A DNA stretch of 64,000 nt, from contig DATDOE010000113.1 in NCBI GenBank assembly GCA_035293405.1, positions 28,263-92,262 on the forward strand, written 5' to 3'. Of the stretch, positions 42,947-52,183 are shown in pieces. This DNA is from Vicinamibacterales bacterium. Lineage in GTDB: Bacteria; Acidobacteriota; Vicinamibacteria; Vicinamibacterales; UBA2999. The notes under the pieces are model-generated. The model saw nothing but the letters and a program-made list of their open reading frames with translations, was not told the DNA's origin and did no database searches. The first letter of the stretch is position 1, and each line of letters opens with the position of its first letter. The translations under genes and the position numbers were made by a program.

Positions 42947-44403
42947 TACTGAGTTGCGCTAAGGGACCTCCGCGCGTTCCCTCTCCCTCGGCGCGCGGGC
43001 CTTCAGAAGCACGCGCGGATCCTGTCACGCAACTTCAGCGACACATCCTGAGCGCAACGCGAATGGCGGGCGTGACCCGCGCCGCGTGGGGCATCGTGGT
43101 GCAGTCGCTCGATCGGAACGAGCGGCTCTTCGAGTTGAATCCACGAACGCTGCTGGTGCCGGCGTCGTCGGCCAAGCTCGTGGGCGTGGCAACCGCGGCC
43201 GAGGCGGTCGGATGGGACTACCGCTACGTGACGACACTCCTGGCCGCGGGCCCGGTCACAGACGGTGTCCTTCATGGAGATCTCATTGCCGTCGGCTCTG
43301 GCGATCCGTCGATCGGTGGACGGGGCGGTGACGATCTCTCCAGTTGGGTTGAGGCGCTCAGGTCGGCGGGCATCCAGAGGATCGAGGGCCGCATCATCGG
43401 CGACGACGATGCGCTCGAGGAGCCACGACCGCAGCTCTCGTGGGCATGGGACGACCTGGGGTACACGACTGGGGTGCTGTTCGGGGCGCTGAACGTTGCC
43501 GAGAACCGCACGGTGGCTACGATTGCACCCGGCGCGTCCGAGGGCACGCCGGCGACACTCCTCGCGGAGGCGCGGGCGGCCTATCGCGGATTGACGAGTC
43601 GCGTGCTGACCGGCCCGCGAGGCTCGACGCAACTCCTGTGGCCGGAACAGCGGCCCGGCGAGCCGGCCCTCACACTGGCGGGCTCGATCCCGACTGGCGC
43701 CCCGCCGGCTCAGATCGATATCTCGGTCGGCAATCCCACACTCTGGTTTGCGAGCGTGTTGCGGGACCGGCTCGTCCGCGATGGCATCGTGGTCACGGGC
43801 GACGCCTTTGACATCGATGATGTCGCGCCAACACCGGATCGTGCGAGCGCGACGGTGCTCTTCACGCACCGCTCACGCCCGCTGTCGGAGATCGTGCGAG
43901 CCCTGCTCAAGGACAGCATCAACCTGTACGGCGAGGCTGTCATGCGGCTCAATGCCCCACGCGACACGCTCGCGACCAACGATGCCGCGCTCGAGGGCCT
44001 GGGGAAACGGCTGGAATCGTGGGGCATTCCAACCGACAGCATCCAACTCGTCGATGGGTCCGGCCTGTCCCGCCGCGATGCGATCTCTCCGGACGCGCTT
44101 CTGCTGGTGCTTCGGCGGATGCACGATCCCACCGGCAAGTCGCCTTTCATGACCGGCCTGCCGATCGCCGGCGTTGACGGTTCGCTCAGCGGGCGGATGA
44201 ACGGCACGCCCGCGGACGCCAACGTCCGCGCGAAAACCGGCACCATGTCCAATATCCGCTCCCTCGCCGGCTACGCGACAACACGCGACGGGGAGCGGCT
44301 GGCGTTCGTGATCATGGTGAACAATTTCGAGGGGACCGGGCCCAGCGCCAACACCGCAATCGATGCGATCGCCGTGCGCCTTGCCTCATTTAGTCGAGAG
44401 TAG
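42862..44403 (+). CDS. dacB: D-alanyl-D-alanine carboxypeptidase/endopeptidase (PBP4, S13)
   Basis: 'LVPASSAKL' (SxxK), 'DGSGLSR' (SxN-like), 'KTGTM' (KTG). The N-terminus is encoded by the heptamer repeat. An alternative GTG start is at 42916. Confidence 0.85.
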   Translation: MQNAKRQRAGVASPRWHAVFAFCILHFALLSCAKGPPRVPSPSARGPSEARADPVTQLQRHILSATRMAGVTRAAWGIVVQSLDRNERLFELNPRTLLVPASSAKLVGVATAAEAVGWDYRYVTTLLAAGPVTDGVLHGDLIAVGSGDPSIGGRGGDDLSSWVEALRSAGIQRIEGRIIGDDDALEEPRPQLSWAWDDLGYTTGVLFGALNVAENRTVATIAPGASEGTPATLLAEARAAYRGLTSRVLTGPRGSTQLLWPEQRPGEPALTLAGSIPTGAPPAQIDISVGNPTLWFASVLRDRLVRDGIVVTGDAFDIDDVAPTPDRASATVLFTHRSRPLSEIVRALLKDSINLYGEAVMRLNAPRDTLATNDAALEGLGKRLESWGIPTDSIQLVDGSGLSRRDAISPDALLLVLRRMHDPTGKSPFMTGLPIAGVDGSLSGRMNGTPADANVRAKTGTMSNIRSLAGYATTRDGERLAFVIMVNNFEGTGPSANTAIDAIAVRLASFSRE

Positions 44404-44425
44404 CCACGGAGACGATCGGCCAAGG

Positions 44426-44451
44426 CGTACGGAGTGTCCGGCCCGCCTACG
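44426..44451. repeat. REP-like element fragment (CGTAC..GTGTCCGGC..CGCCTACG)
   Basis: Resembles the reverse complement of 44997-45021 ('cgtaggcgggaagccggacactacg'). Confidence 0.6.
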
Positions 44452-44470
44452 CCGAAGGCTCCGGCGAGGA

Positions 44471-44890
44471 CTAGAGTGGCGTCCGAAAATGGTAGGCGTT
44501 GATGGTCAGACCCTCGCGAAAGTAGAAACGATGCGTCTGCTCGCGTTGCACGCCTGAATCGAGATGGAGCTCCCGACAGTCCCTGGCCTTCGCTGCGCGC
44601 TTCAACCAGTCCAACACGGCCTTTCCATGACCCTGTGAACGGAAGGCCTCGTCTGTATTGAGATCGTCGACGTAGAGGGTCCGGCCAGCGTAGAGCGTCT
44701 CCATGAACCGATAGCCGGCAACCGCCCGAACCGTCTCCCCCTCGAAGGCGGCCGCCAGATGATAGCCGTCGGTGCGCATCATCCGTCGCACGGTGTCCAG
44801 ATACGCGTCGGCCGGGATGCCGGGGCGCAGCTGGCGCATGACGTCTCGCGTCGCCAGAATCTCTTCGTCGGTGGTGATCGTACGAACCAC
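44471..44890 (-). CDS. GNAT family N-acetyltransferase
   Basis: 139 aa. 'VDDLNTDEAFRSQGHGKAVLDWL'. Confidence 0.8.
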   Translation of the reverse strand: MVRTITTDEEILATRDVMRQLRPGIPADAYLDTVRRMMRTDGYHLAAAFEGETVRAVAGYRFMETLYAGRTLYVDDLNTDEAFRSQGHGKAVLDWLKRAAKARDCRELHLDSGVQREQTHRFYFREGLTINAYHFRTPL

Positions 44891-44904
44891 GTTGGCTCCC
44901 TCTG

Positions 44905-45022
44905 GTCCGGCCGAAGCCGGAGCGACGTACTCGTCTGGTCCGGCTGCCGCCTTCGCGCGCGAAGCGCGCTACGGCGAGCCTCGCCGTAGCCTTTGGCGTA
45001 GGCGGGAAGCCGGACACTACGT
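44905..45022. repeat. cluster of REP-like hairpins
   Basis: TCCGGC-cgaa-GCCGGA, GCGCGC-gaa-GCGCGC, CTACGGCGAG-cc-TCGCCGTAG, and cgtaggcgggaagccggacactacg. Confidence 0.75.
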
Positions 45023-46213
45023 ACTGAGACTGCGCTCGATGTACGAGCGCGCGGCCGCGAGAATCTCGTTCGAATCGCCTGTCAGTCCTGCACCCTGCGC
45101 CAGATCGGCTTTCCCTCCTCCGCGTCCGCCGTAGCGCGAGAGGAGCTGTTGCAGCACGGCGTTCGCATTGATCGCGGCGTCAGCCGAACGAGCAATGACC
45201 ACCGCCATCGGCGGAGCCGACGAGAAGAGCGCCGCGGCGACCTTCTCCTGAGCAGTCATCGCGGTGGCAACCGCCTTCAACCCCGGCGCATCCCACCCGT
45301 CGAGCACGTGCGCCACCAGACGAATCCCTTCGACCTCTGGCGCTTCAGAGAGCAGGCGCGAGGCCTCGTGCACCGCGAGTGACGCCTGCATCCGGCTGAT
45401 CGTCTTGCGGGCCTGCTTGAAGTCGGCCTGCAGACGGTCAACGGCGGCCGGTAGTTCGTGCGGCAGTACCGACAGCGATCGCACGCTGCCCGCCACCGCA
45501 TCGCGGTAAGTGCGGAAGGCGCGAATGGCCCGGCCACCACAGACGAATGTCAGCCGCGAGCCGCCTTTGAAACGCTCGGCTCCGATCACGACAATCGTGC
45601 CGATCTCGCCGGTTCTCGCGACGTGCGTGCCGCCGCACGCGGACAGGTCGAAATCGCTGACCTCGATCAACCGCAGCGGTCCCTGACGAACCGGTTCTTT
45701 CCGCAACGGCAGCTGCGCGGCTTCCTCCGGCGACGCAAAGCGAATCGTCACCGGCCGGTCCTCCCACACAACTCGGTTCGCCTCATCGACGCACCGCTCG
45801 AGATCGGCCGGTGACACATCGCGTGCGAGATCGATCGTCGCGGTTTCGGCCCCCATGTGAAAGCTCATCGTGCGGTTGTCGAGCAGACGATCAAAGGCTG
45901 CCGACAATATGTGCTGCCCGGTGTGCTGCTGCATGTGATCGAATCGTCTTGTCCAATCGACCTCTCCGTGCAGCCGGGAGCCCTCTGGAATCGGCGCGCT
46001 CACGACGTGCCAGATCTCATCGTCCCGATCGATGGTCTCGAGGACGTCGTACGGACCGAGGCGTCCGGTGTCGAAGGGCTGCCCACCCGACGTCGGGTAA
46101 AACGCCGTGCGATCGAGCAGCACGGCTGGCCGGCCCTCGTCCTGGACGAGGCGGGTCACCACTGCGTCAAAGGCGCGGCAGGCCGGCTCGAGGTAGTAGA
46201 TGCGATCGGTCAT
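45017..46213 (-). CDS. alaX: alanyl-tRNA editing protein (AlaX-L type: editing domain + DHHA1)
   Basis: The ATG at 46213 gives '[10 protein letters not shown]'. '[10 protein letters not shown]', 'CGGTHV' and C-terminal '[15 protein letters not shown]'. The start overlaps the queC stop (ATGA). Confidence 0.85.
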   Translation of the reverse strand: MTDRIYYLEPACRAFDAVVTRLVQDEGRPAVLLDRTAFYPTSGGQPFDTGRLGPYDVLETIDRDDEIWHVVSAPIPEGSRLHGEVDWTRRFDHMQQHTGQHILSAAFDRLLDNRTMSFHMGAETATIDLARDVSPADLERCVDEANRVVWEDRPVTIRFASPEEAAQLPLRKEPVRQGPLRLIEVSDFDLSACGGTHVARTGEIGTIVVIGAERFKGGSRLTFVCGGRAIRAFRTYRDAVAGSVRSLSVLPHELPAAVDRLQADFKQARKTISRMQASLAVHEASRLLSEAPEVEGIRLVAHVLDGWDAPGLKAVATAMTAQEKVAAALFSSAPPMAVVIARSADAAINANAVLQQLLSRYGGRGGGKADLAQGAGLTGDSNEILAAARSYIERSLST

Positions 46214-46908
46214 GGATGTCGCGCGGGATCGACGATGCCGACTTCGGCGAAGCCAGCCGCGCGCAGGACGCAGCTGTCGCAGCGGCCACATGCCGCTCCG
46301 CCGGGCCCTGGATCGTAGCAACTGTGTGTCAGGCCGTAGTCGAGACCGAGATCGATGCCGCGCTTGATGATGTCGGCCTTGGTCATCATCTGCAGCGGCG
46401 CGTGAATCCGAAACCGTTCGCCCTGCACGCCTCTAGCCGTCGCCAGTGAGGCCAGCTCCTCGAAGGCCCGAATGAACTCCGGCCGGCAGTCCGGGTATCC
46501 CGAGTAATCCAGCGCGTTCACGCCGATGACGATGTCGTGAGCGCCGAGCACCTCGGCCCAGCCGAGTGCCAGCGCCAGGAAGATGGTGTTTCTGGCAGGA
46601 ACGTACGTCGACGGGATCTCCGAGTCCCGAGTCCCGAGTCCCGAGTCCCGAGCCATGGGCCGGTCCTTCGGCACCGGCGCGTCCGTCGTCAGAGAAGAGC
46701 CGCCAAACGCCGACAGGTCGACGTCGAGCTCGATGTGCCGCGCGGTGCCCAGCCGCTTCGCAAGGACACGGGCGGCCTCGATTTCAGCCGCATGCCGTTG
46801 CCCATAGCGGATGGTCAGGGCGAAGAGACGGAATCCCTCCTCGCGCACGATGGCCGCGGCCGTGTAGGAATCGAGCCCTCCGCTCAATAGGACCACTGCG
46901 TCAGACAT
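46210..46908 (-). CDS. queC: 7-cyano-7-deazaguanine synthase
   Basis: PP-loop 'VLLSGGLDS', '[10 protein letters not shown]', and the Zn site '[21 protein letters not shown]'. Contains an in-frame heptamer array. Confidence 0.92.
   Translation of the reverse strand: MSDAVVLLSGGLDSYTAAAIVREEGFRLFALTIRYGQRHAAEIEAARVLAKRLGTARHIELDVDLSAFGGSSLTTDAPVPKDRPMARDSGLGTRDSEIPSTYVPARNTIFLALALGWAEVLGAHDIVIGVNALDYSGYPDCRPEFIRAFEELASLATARGVQGERFRIHAPLQMMTKADIIKRGIDLGLDYGLTHSCYDPGPGGAACGRCDSCVLRAAGFAEVGIVDPARHP
46621..46648. repeat. four perfect tandem heptamers (CGAGTCC) inside queC coding sequence
   Basis: cgagtcc x4 followed by cgagcca. It is translated in frame as '[12 protein letters not shown]'. Confidence 0.9.
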
Positions 46909-46981
46909 ACGGATTGGTGACTAGAGATTATGGACTATCGATTGGTTGGCGATTGCTGACGTGTGATCGGCGGTTGCTGGG

Positions 46982-47623
46982 TCAGACACCGCGTGCGGTG
47001 GGACTCCAGATGTACTTGTGGAGTTGGAGCTGCACGCGCACGGGAAGGCTGTCGGCCAGGACCCACTCGGACAGGGTCTTCGGATCGAGTACGCCGTGCA
47101 CCGGAGAGAAGTGGATGGCGGCTGCCCGGCCAGGCAGCTCGTGTCGGGTGATCACGTCGCGGGCGAAGTCGTAGTCGGTGCGATCCGCGATGACGAACTT
47201 GACCTCGTCGTGCGGCCGGAGCCGGCTCAGGTTGTCCCAGTCGTTGTGTGCGACCTCTCCGCTGCCTGGACACTTGACGTCGAGGATGGTCACCACGTCC
47301 GCGGGCACGCGCGCGGTGCTGCGATGCCCTCCGGTTTCGAGCAGCACGGTCTTGCCGCGCTCGAGCAGCCCGTGCATCAGCGGATAGACGTCCTCCTGCA
47401 GGAGCGGTTCACCGCCCGTGACCTCGACCAGGGGACAGCCGAACCGATCGACCTCACCGAGCACCTCCTCGAGCGACCGCTTGCTGCCCTCGTGAAACGC
47501 GTACGGGGTATCACACCAGGTGCAGCGCAGATCGCAGGCGGTCAACCGCACGAACACGCACGGCCGGCCCGCGTAGGTCGACTCTCCCTGCACTGAGTAG
47601 AAGATCTCGTTGATGGTGATCAT
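46982..47623 (-). CDS. queE: 7-carboxy-7-deazaguanine synthase (radical SAM)
   Basis: The ATG at 47623 gives 'MITINEIFYSVQGESTYAGRPCVFVRLTACDLRCTWCDT'. The rest of the 520-aa ORF is antisense to the DUF72 gene. Confidence 0.92.
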   Translation of the reverse strand: MITINEIFYSVQGESTYAGRPCVFVRLTACDLRCTWCDTPYAFHEGSKRSLEEVLGEVDRFGCPLVEVTGGEPLLQEDVYPLMHGLLERGKTVLLETGGHRSTARVPADVVTILDVKCPGSGEVAHNDWDNLSRLRPHDEVKFVIADRTDYDFARDVITRHELPGRAAAIHFSPVHGVLDPKTLSEWVLADSLPVRVQLQLHKYIWSPTARGV

Positions 47624-47626
47624 TTC

Positions 47627-47709
47627 CGGGATTCGGGATCCGGGACTCGGGATCCGGCGGATTCGGTCGTTCACATTTCGAATCCCGAATCCCGAATCCC
47701 GAGTCCCGG
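47627..47709. repeat. heptamer-array inverted repeat, CGGGATT flavour
   Basis: Left: cgggatt cgggatc cgggact cgggatc cggcggatt cgg. Right: cgaatcc x3, then cgagtcc (47679-47706). Loop of about 12 nt. Confidence 0.9.
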
Positions 47710-47722
47710 CTATTGTACCGGC

Positions 47723-48703
47723 GTGGGCCTTCACATCGGCACGTCCGGGTGGAACTACCCGTCCGGCAAGGGCACATGGAACGGCCTCTTCTACCCGGCC
47801 ACCCGCTCCAAGCGGGCTGGGACCGCCGACTTCGACGAATTGCGCTTCTACGCCGAGCACTTCCGCACAGTGGAAGTGAACTCGACTTTCTACGGTCAGC
47901 CACGGCCTGAGGTGTCGCGCACGTGGGTCGAACGCACGCCTCCGGGATTCGAGCTCTCGCTGAAGCTCTATCAGAAATTCTCCCACCCGAAGATGTTCCG
48001 GGAGACCGCGCTGAAGCGGGCGCCAGGATCGGAGGGACCCCTGCTCGACCTGCTCGCCGAGGTCACACAGAGCGATATCGACGAGTTCCGCGCCGGCATC
48101 GAGCCGCTGGCATCGTCGGGCCGGCTCGGCGCGCTGCTCGCGCAGTTTCCCGCCAGCTTCAAGGACAGCCCGGCGTCCCGCGATTACCTCGCGCAACTCC
48201 TGCGCGCGTTCGGCGACTACCCGACCGCCGTGGAGCTGCGGCACAAGAGCTGGAGCGATGCCATCGGCGACACGCTGGCGATGCTGAACGCCTTCGGCAC
48301 GGCCTGGGTCCAGATCGACGAGCCGAAGTTTCGTTTCTCGATTCGGCAGAACTATCTGCCCAACGTGACCGGCTTCTACTACATGCGCCTCCACGGCCGG
48401 AACGCAGCGCAGTGGTGGCGGCACGACGCGAGTGAAGACCGCTACAACTATCTCTATTCGGGACGGGAGTTGAAGGAGTTCTCCGACATTGCCGGGGCCG
48501 CGAAGGCGCTCGTGAAGAAATCGTATCTCTACACGAACAACCACTTCGCCGCGAAGTCAGTGGTGAACGCCGTGATGATCAAAGCGCAGCTCGGAGAACC
48601 GATTGAAGGGGAGTATCCGCCCGAGCTCGTCGAACGCTATCCGGATATCGCCGACCTCGTGACTACTTCGCCGCGGTCTCCTTCACGGTTGCCCGTCGAA
48701 TGA
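47723..48703 (+). CDS. DUF72 (YecE/UPF0759) family protein
   Basis: GTG start. 'IGTSGWNYPSGKGTWNGLFYP', 'FRTVEVNSTFY'. Confidence 0.85.
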   Translation: MGLHIGTSGWNYPSGKGTWNGLFYPATRSKRAGTADFDELRFYAEHFRTVEVNSTFYGQPRPEVSRTWVERTPPGFELSLKLYQKFSHPKMFRETALKRAPGSEGPLLDLLAEVTQSDIDEFRAGIEPLASSGRLGALLAQFPASFKDSPASRDYLAQLLRAFGDYPTAVELRHKSWSDAIGDTLAMLNAFGTAWVQIDEPKFRFSIRQNYLPNVTGFYYMRLHGRNAAQWWRHDASEDRYNYLYSGRELKEFSDIAGAAKALVKKSYLYTNNHFAAKSVVNAVMIKAQLGEPIEGEYPPELVERYPDIADLVTTSPRSPSRLPVE

Positions 48704-49307
48704 CGTCGTTGATGCGCAGCTTCTCGACCACGTCCATCCCGGAGATCACCTGGCCGAGGACGGTGTAGCGGCTATTGAGCTGCGGCTGCGGTGAGAGCAC
48801 CACGTAGATCTGACTGTCTGCGGTCTTGGGATCGTTGGCCCAGGCCGCGGCCACAGCGCCGGTCTTGTGCGGACGCTTCGGATTGACTTCGGACACGCCG
48901 ATCACGCGGCCACTGCCGCCTGTTCCCCAATCCGCCTTCTTCGTCATGTCGCGCGTCTGCGGATCGCCAAACTGCACAACGAACCCCGGTTCGAAGCGAT
49001 GAACGCGAAGGCCGTTATAGAAGTTTCTCTTCACGAGCGCGAGGATCTGCGCCACGGTCTTCGGCGCTTCGTTCGGATACGTTTCGATCTCGAACGTACC
49101 CTTGACGGTCTCGAACACGATGACCGGGCCCGCGCCGGGAGACCGCCTCGGTGCCGTGGCGGCAGGAGCCGCCGGAGCCGGCTTCGGCGGCACGGTTCCT
49201 CTTGCACGCTGGCCCGTCCCGGTTTGCCCGGCCGATGCCCCCGAAGCCACAGTCGCCATCTCGAGCGCCATCACGAACGTCGTCACCAGAGCCCACTGAA
49301 CCCTCAT
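48663..49307 (-). CDS. secreted cyclophilin-type peptidyl-prolyl isomerase
   Basis: Signal peptide 'MRVQWALVTTFVMALEMATVASGASA'. 'VHRFEPGFVVQFGDP'. The start overlaps the nth stop (ATGA). Confidence 0.88.
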   Translation of the reverse strand: MRVQWALVTTFVMALEMATVASGASAGQTGTGQRARGTVPPKPAPAAPAATAPRRSPGAGPVIVFETVKGTFEIETYPNEAPKTVAQILALVKRNFYNGLRVHRFEPGFVVQFGDPQTRDMTKKADWGTGGSGRVIGVSEVNPKRPHKTGAVAAAWANDPKTADSQIYVVLSPQPQLNSRYTVLGQVISGMDVVEKLRINDVIRRATVKETAAK

Positions 49308-49978
49308 CGCGCCCTCCCGGGAACTCCAATTCTTCGACAATCATCGGCGATGACGCAATCCCCGCAGCGCGGATAGACCGGTCGGCACACGTTCTGTCCC
49401 CACGTGACGAGGTACAGATTGATGTATGGCCACCAGCGCCGATCGGTTGACTGGTACAGCGCCTGCTCGGTCTCGTCCGGCTCTCTGGTCCGGACCCATC
49501 CGAGCCGGTTCGAAATCCGGTGCACATGCGTGTCCACGCAGATGTTCTGAAGGCTCTTGAACGCGAGGATCAGCACGAGATTGGCCGTCTTGCGCCCCAC
49601 GCCCGGCAGCGTCACCAACTCCTCCATCGTCGATGGCACCCGTCCTCTGAAGCGCTCAACGAGCATCTGGCAGCAGGCTTGGACGTGCTCGGCCTTGTTG
49701 CGATAGAAGCTGACCGGATAGATCAGCTTTTCGATCTCCCGGACCGACAGGCGGGCCATCGTGCGCGGCGTCCGGGCGCGCTTGAACAGCCGGGTCGAGG
49801 CCGCGTGCGTGGTGGCATCCTGAGTCCGGGCCGACAGCAGCGTAGCAATGAGGATCTGGAACGGGTCTTCTGCTTGCGATTCCGAGATCTTCTCGACCGC
49901 GGGAAGCTCCATGCCGGTAATGGCCTGCGCCAGCTGGCGCATGACCTTCTCGACCTTCTGGTGACCGGGCTGCCTCAT
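49304..49978 (-). CDS. nth: endonuclease III
   Basis: HhH-GPD 'LPGVGRKTANLVL', 'VDTHVHRISNRLG', and the 4Fe-4S cluster 'CRPVYPRCGDCVIADDC'. Confidence 0.92.
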   Translation of the reverse strand: MRQPGHQKVEKVMRQLAQAITGMELPAVEKISESQAEDPFQILIATLLSARTQDATTHAASTRLFKRARTPRTMARLSVREIEKLIYPVSFYRNKAEHVQACCQMLVERFRGRVPSTMEELVTLPGVGRKTANLVLILAFKSLQNICVDTHVHRISNRLGWVRTREPDETEQALYQSTDRRWWPYINLYLVTWGQNVCRPVYPRCGDCVIADDCRRIGVPGRAR

Positions 49979-50008
49979 AGTGCTATCCGCAGCCTGATGC
50001 TAGCATTC

Positions 50009-50029
50009 CGGGATTCGGGATTCGGGATT
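50009..50029. repeat. three tandem heptamers (CGGGATT), single arm
   Basis: cgggatt cgggatt cgggatt, between nth and the M28 peptidase gene. Confidence 0.85.
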
Positions 50030-50043
50030 CGCCAGAGCGAAAC

Positions 50044-51426
50044 ATGAAAAAGGCATCCGCCTTACTGCTCCTTGCAGTCGTCACGTGTCCGCTCGGCGCC
50101 CGGGCGCAGTCGACGGTCCGACCCGATGCGGACCCTCGGGTCGAGGCGCTCGTGGCGAGCGTCTCCGAGGAGCGACTGGCGAAGATCGTGGAAACGCTGG
50201 CAGGGTTTCGCACCCGGAACACGCTGTCGGACACGACCTCGCCCACGCGCGGCATCGGCGCCGCGCGCCAATGGATCTTCAACGAGCTCTCGGCGTCGAG
50301 CCCGAAGCTTCAGGTCAGCTTCGAGACGTTCCATCTGGCGCAACAGGGCCGCATCACGCGCCCCGTCGAGCTGCGCAACGTCATCGCCGTGCTTCCGGGC
50401 CGGAGCCCGCGCCGGATCTACATCACGGCTCACTACGACACGGTGAACATCGGATCGGGTGGCCAGATCGGAGCGAATACACGGGCGCCAGGCACGACGA
50501 CGCCGCCCGACGTGCAGCTCCGTGCGGACCAGGACTACAACGTGGATGCTCCAGGCGCCAACGACAACGGCAGCGGCTCGGCACTGACGATCGAGCTGGC
50601 CCGGGTGTTTGCGGCCAGCGGCCTGGATTTCGACGCCACGATCGTCTTCGCGCTGTGGGCAGGAGAAGAACAAGGGCTGGTCGGGTCGCGCGCGCACGCT
50701 GCCGCGCTCGTCAAGAACAAGACCCCGGTCGATGCGGACTTCAACAACGACATCGTCGGCAACTCACGCGGAGGCAACGGCGTCGTGGACGCCGAGTCCG
50801 TACGGCTCTACTCCGAAGGGCCCGAGGATTCGCTGTCGCGCTCGCTGGCGCGATACACCGCGCGTGTGGCAGCGCTCTATGTGCCTTCGCATCACGTCCG
50901 GCTCCTGGCACGGCCGGATCGATTCAGCCGCGGCAGCGACCACAGCGGGTTCACGCAGCATGGCTTCCCTGCCGTCGCATTCCGTGAGTCCAACGAGAAC
51001 TTCAGCAAGCAGCACGAAGCCACCGATACGGTGGATGGCGTGGACTTCCGGTATCTGGCGCAGAACACGCGCGTGAATGCAGCCGGCGTCGCCTCGCTCG
51101 CCCTCGCGCCGGCGGCGCCAGTGGTGGTGGCCGGCGAGCGTGCCCTGGCCACGATCGGCAGGCAGCCGTCCGGCTACGACGCCAATCTCAGATGGACACG
51201 CGCGGCCGGTGCCGTCGCCTATCGCATCTACTGGCGAACAGCCTGGACCAACGACTGGGAGCACACGCAGCTGGTCGGCGACGTGACTCAGTTCGTTCTC
51301 GCCGGCGTGTCCATCGACGACTTCGTGTTCGGTGTGGCCACCGTGGGGCCCGACGGTCACGAAAGCCTCGTCAGCGCATACGTCGTGGCCGTGCGGCGTG
51401 ATCCCGAGGTCAAGCTCTTACCGTAA
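50044..51426 (+). CDS. M28-family metallopeptidase with C-terminal beta-sandwich domain
   Basis: Signal peptide. 'ITAHYDTV', 'GANDNGSGSALTIELARVF', 'FALWAGEEQGLVGS'. Confidence 0.85.
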   Translation: MKKASALLLLAVVTCPLGARAQSTVRPDADPRVEALVASVSEERLAKIVETLAGFRTRNTLSDTTSPTRGIGAARQWIFNELSASSPKLQVSFETFHLAQQGRITRPVELRNVIAVLPGRSPRRIYITAHYDTVNIGSGGQIGANTRAPGTTTPPDVQLRADQDYNVDAPGANDNGSGSALTIELARVFAASGLDFDATIVFALWAGEEQGLVGSRAHAAALVKNKTPVDADFNNDIVGNSRGGNGVVDAESVRLYSEGPEDSLSRSLARYTARVAALYVPSHHVRLLARPDRFSRGSDHSGFTQHGFPAVAFRESNENFSKQHEATDTVDGVDFRYLAQNTRVNAAGVASLALAPAAPVVVAGERALATIGRQPSGYDANLRWTRAAGAVAYRIYWRTAWTNDWEHTQLVGDVTQFVLAGVSIDDFVFGVATVGPDGHESLVSAYVVAVRRDPEVKLLP

Positions 51427-51644
51427 CGGTCACTCCGGATCCCGGTGCACCGTCTCCATCGAAAACGCCGGTAGACACACCGCGATGTATTCTGCGCCGC
51501 CCAGAGGCGTGCTGTAGCGCACCCATTCTCCAGCCGCGGTCAACTACTGCCTGACCGGCGACCTGCGTATTCCTCGATGCGCTTCGGAGGCGTACCCGCA
51601 GCCTGAACAATGGTCGGAGTTTGAATAAGTCGGGGCATTCTTCT

Positions 51645-51722
51645 GGTTCCTGGTTCGTGGTTCGTGGTTGAAAAGTCGGGAGTTGGGAGTTGGGAGTTGG
51701 CTCGGAGATCGAGTTGGGAGTT
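51645..51722. repeat. two adjacent heptamer arrays of different flavour (GGTTCGT then GGGAGTT)
   Basis: ggttcct ggttcgt ggttcgt ggttgaa, then gggagtt x3, ggctcggagatcga, gttgggagtt. Confidence 0.9.
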
Positions 51723-51724
51723 GA

Positions 51725-52108
51725 TCAGTGCACTCCAGCGCGACGCGGTGCCGCGACGATCGTGCCGGCCGCGTGGCCCCGTGACAGGTGCATCCGGCCC
51801 CAGCGCCACAACGACTCGAACACATTGCTGAGGGTGCGGCCGTACGGCGTGAGCTGATACCGCACGCCCAGGTGGGCTGGCGTCAGCTCCCGGCGGGCGA
51901 TCAAGTCATCCGCAATCATCTGACGAAGCTGCTCGCGCAGGACTTTCGTCGTCACGCTCGGCATGGCGCGGCGCAGGTCACCAAAACCGTGCGGGCGGCT
52001 CGCGAGGCGCTGATAGATCATCGGCTTCCATCGCCCGTCGATGACCGCGATTGCGGTGTACAGCGGGCACCCGGCGCGCTCGTCGTAGCTGTCTCGTGGC
52101 TTGCGCAT
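51725..52108 (-). CDS. HxlR-family winged-helix transcriptional regulator
   Basis: The ATG at 52108. 'CPLYTAIAVIDGRWKPMIYQRL' and 'FGDLRRAMPSVTTKVLREQLRQM'. Divergent from a VOC gene. Confidence 0.85.
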   Translation of the reverse strand: MRKPRDSYDERAGCPLYTAIAVIDGRWKPMIYQRLASRPHGFGDLRRAMPSVTTKVLREQLRQMIADDLIARRELTPAHLGVRYQLTPYGRTLSNVFESLWRWGRMHLSRGHAAGTIVAAPRRAGVH

Positions 52109-52183
52109 GATCTGACCCTCGGCGGGCAGGGTACTTCGAAGTGCCGTCTTGCCGGCGCCATGGCGGCCGACTACAGTGCGGCA

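Noticed and set aside
46909-46981. A/T-richer 73-nt gap between queE and queC as a regulatory RNA
   Set aside because: It has no recognisable motif or stable hairpin and is probably just an intercistronic spacer.
47624-47722. preQ1 riboswitch upstream of queE
   Set aside because: I looked for the short preQ1-I consensus (a conserved hairpin followed by an A-rich tail) and found only the heptamer hairpin. A covariance-model search would be needed to exclude it formally.
46982-48544. 520-aa ORF containing QueE
   Set aside because: Only the C-terminal 213 aa are QueE. The rest is antisense to the DUF72 gene and crosses the heptamer hairpin.
51427-51640. Possible sRNA or riboswitch in the long spacer after the M28 peptidase gene
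   Set aside because: I could find no conserved motif, convincing promoter-terminator pair or structure. It is left unannotated.
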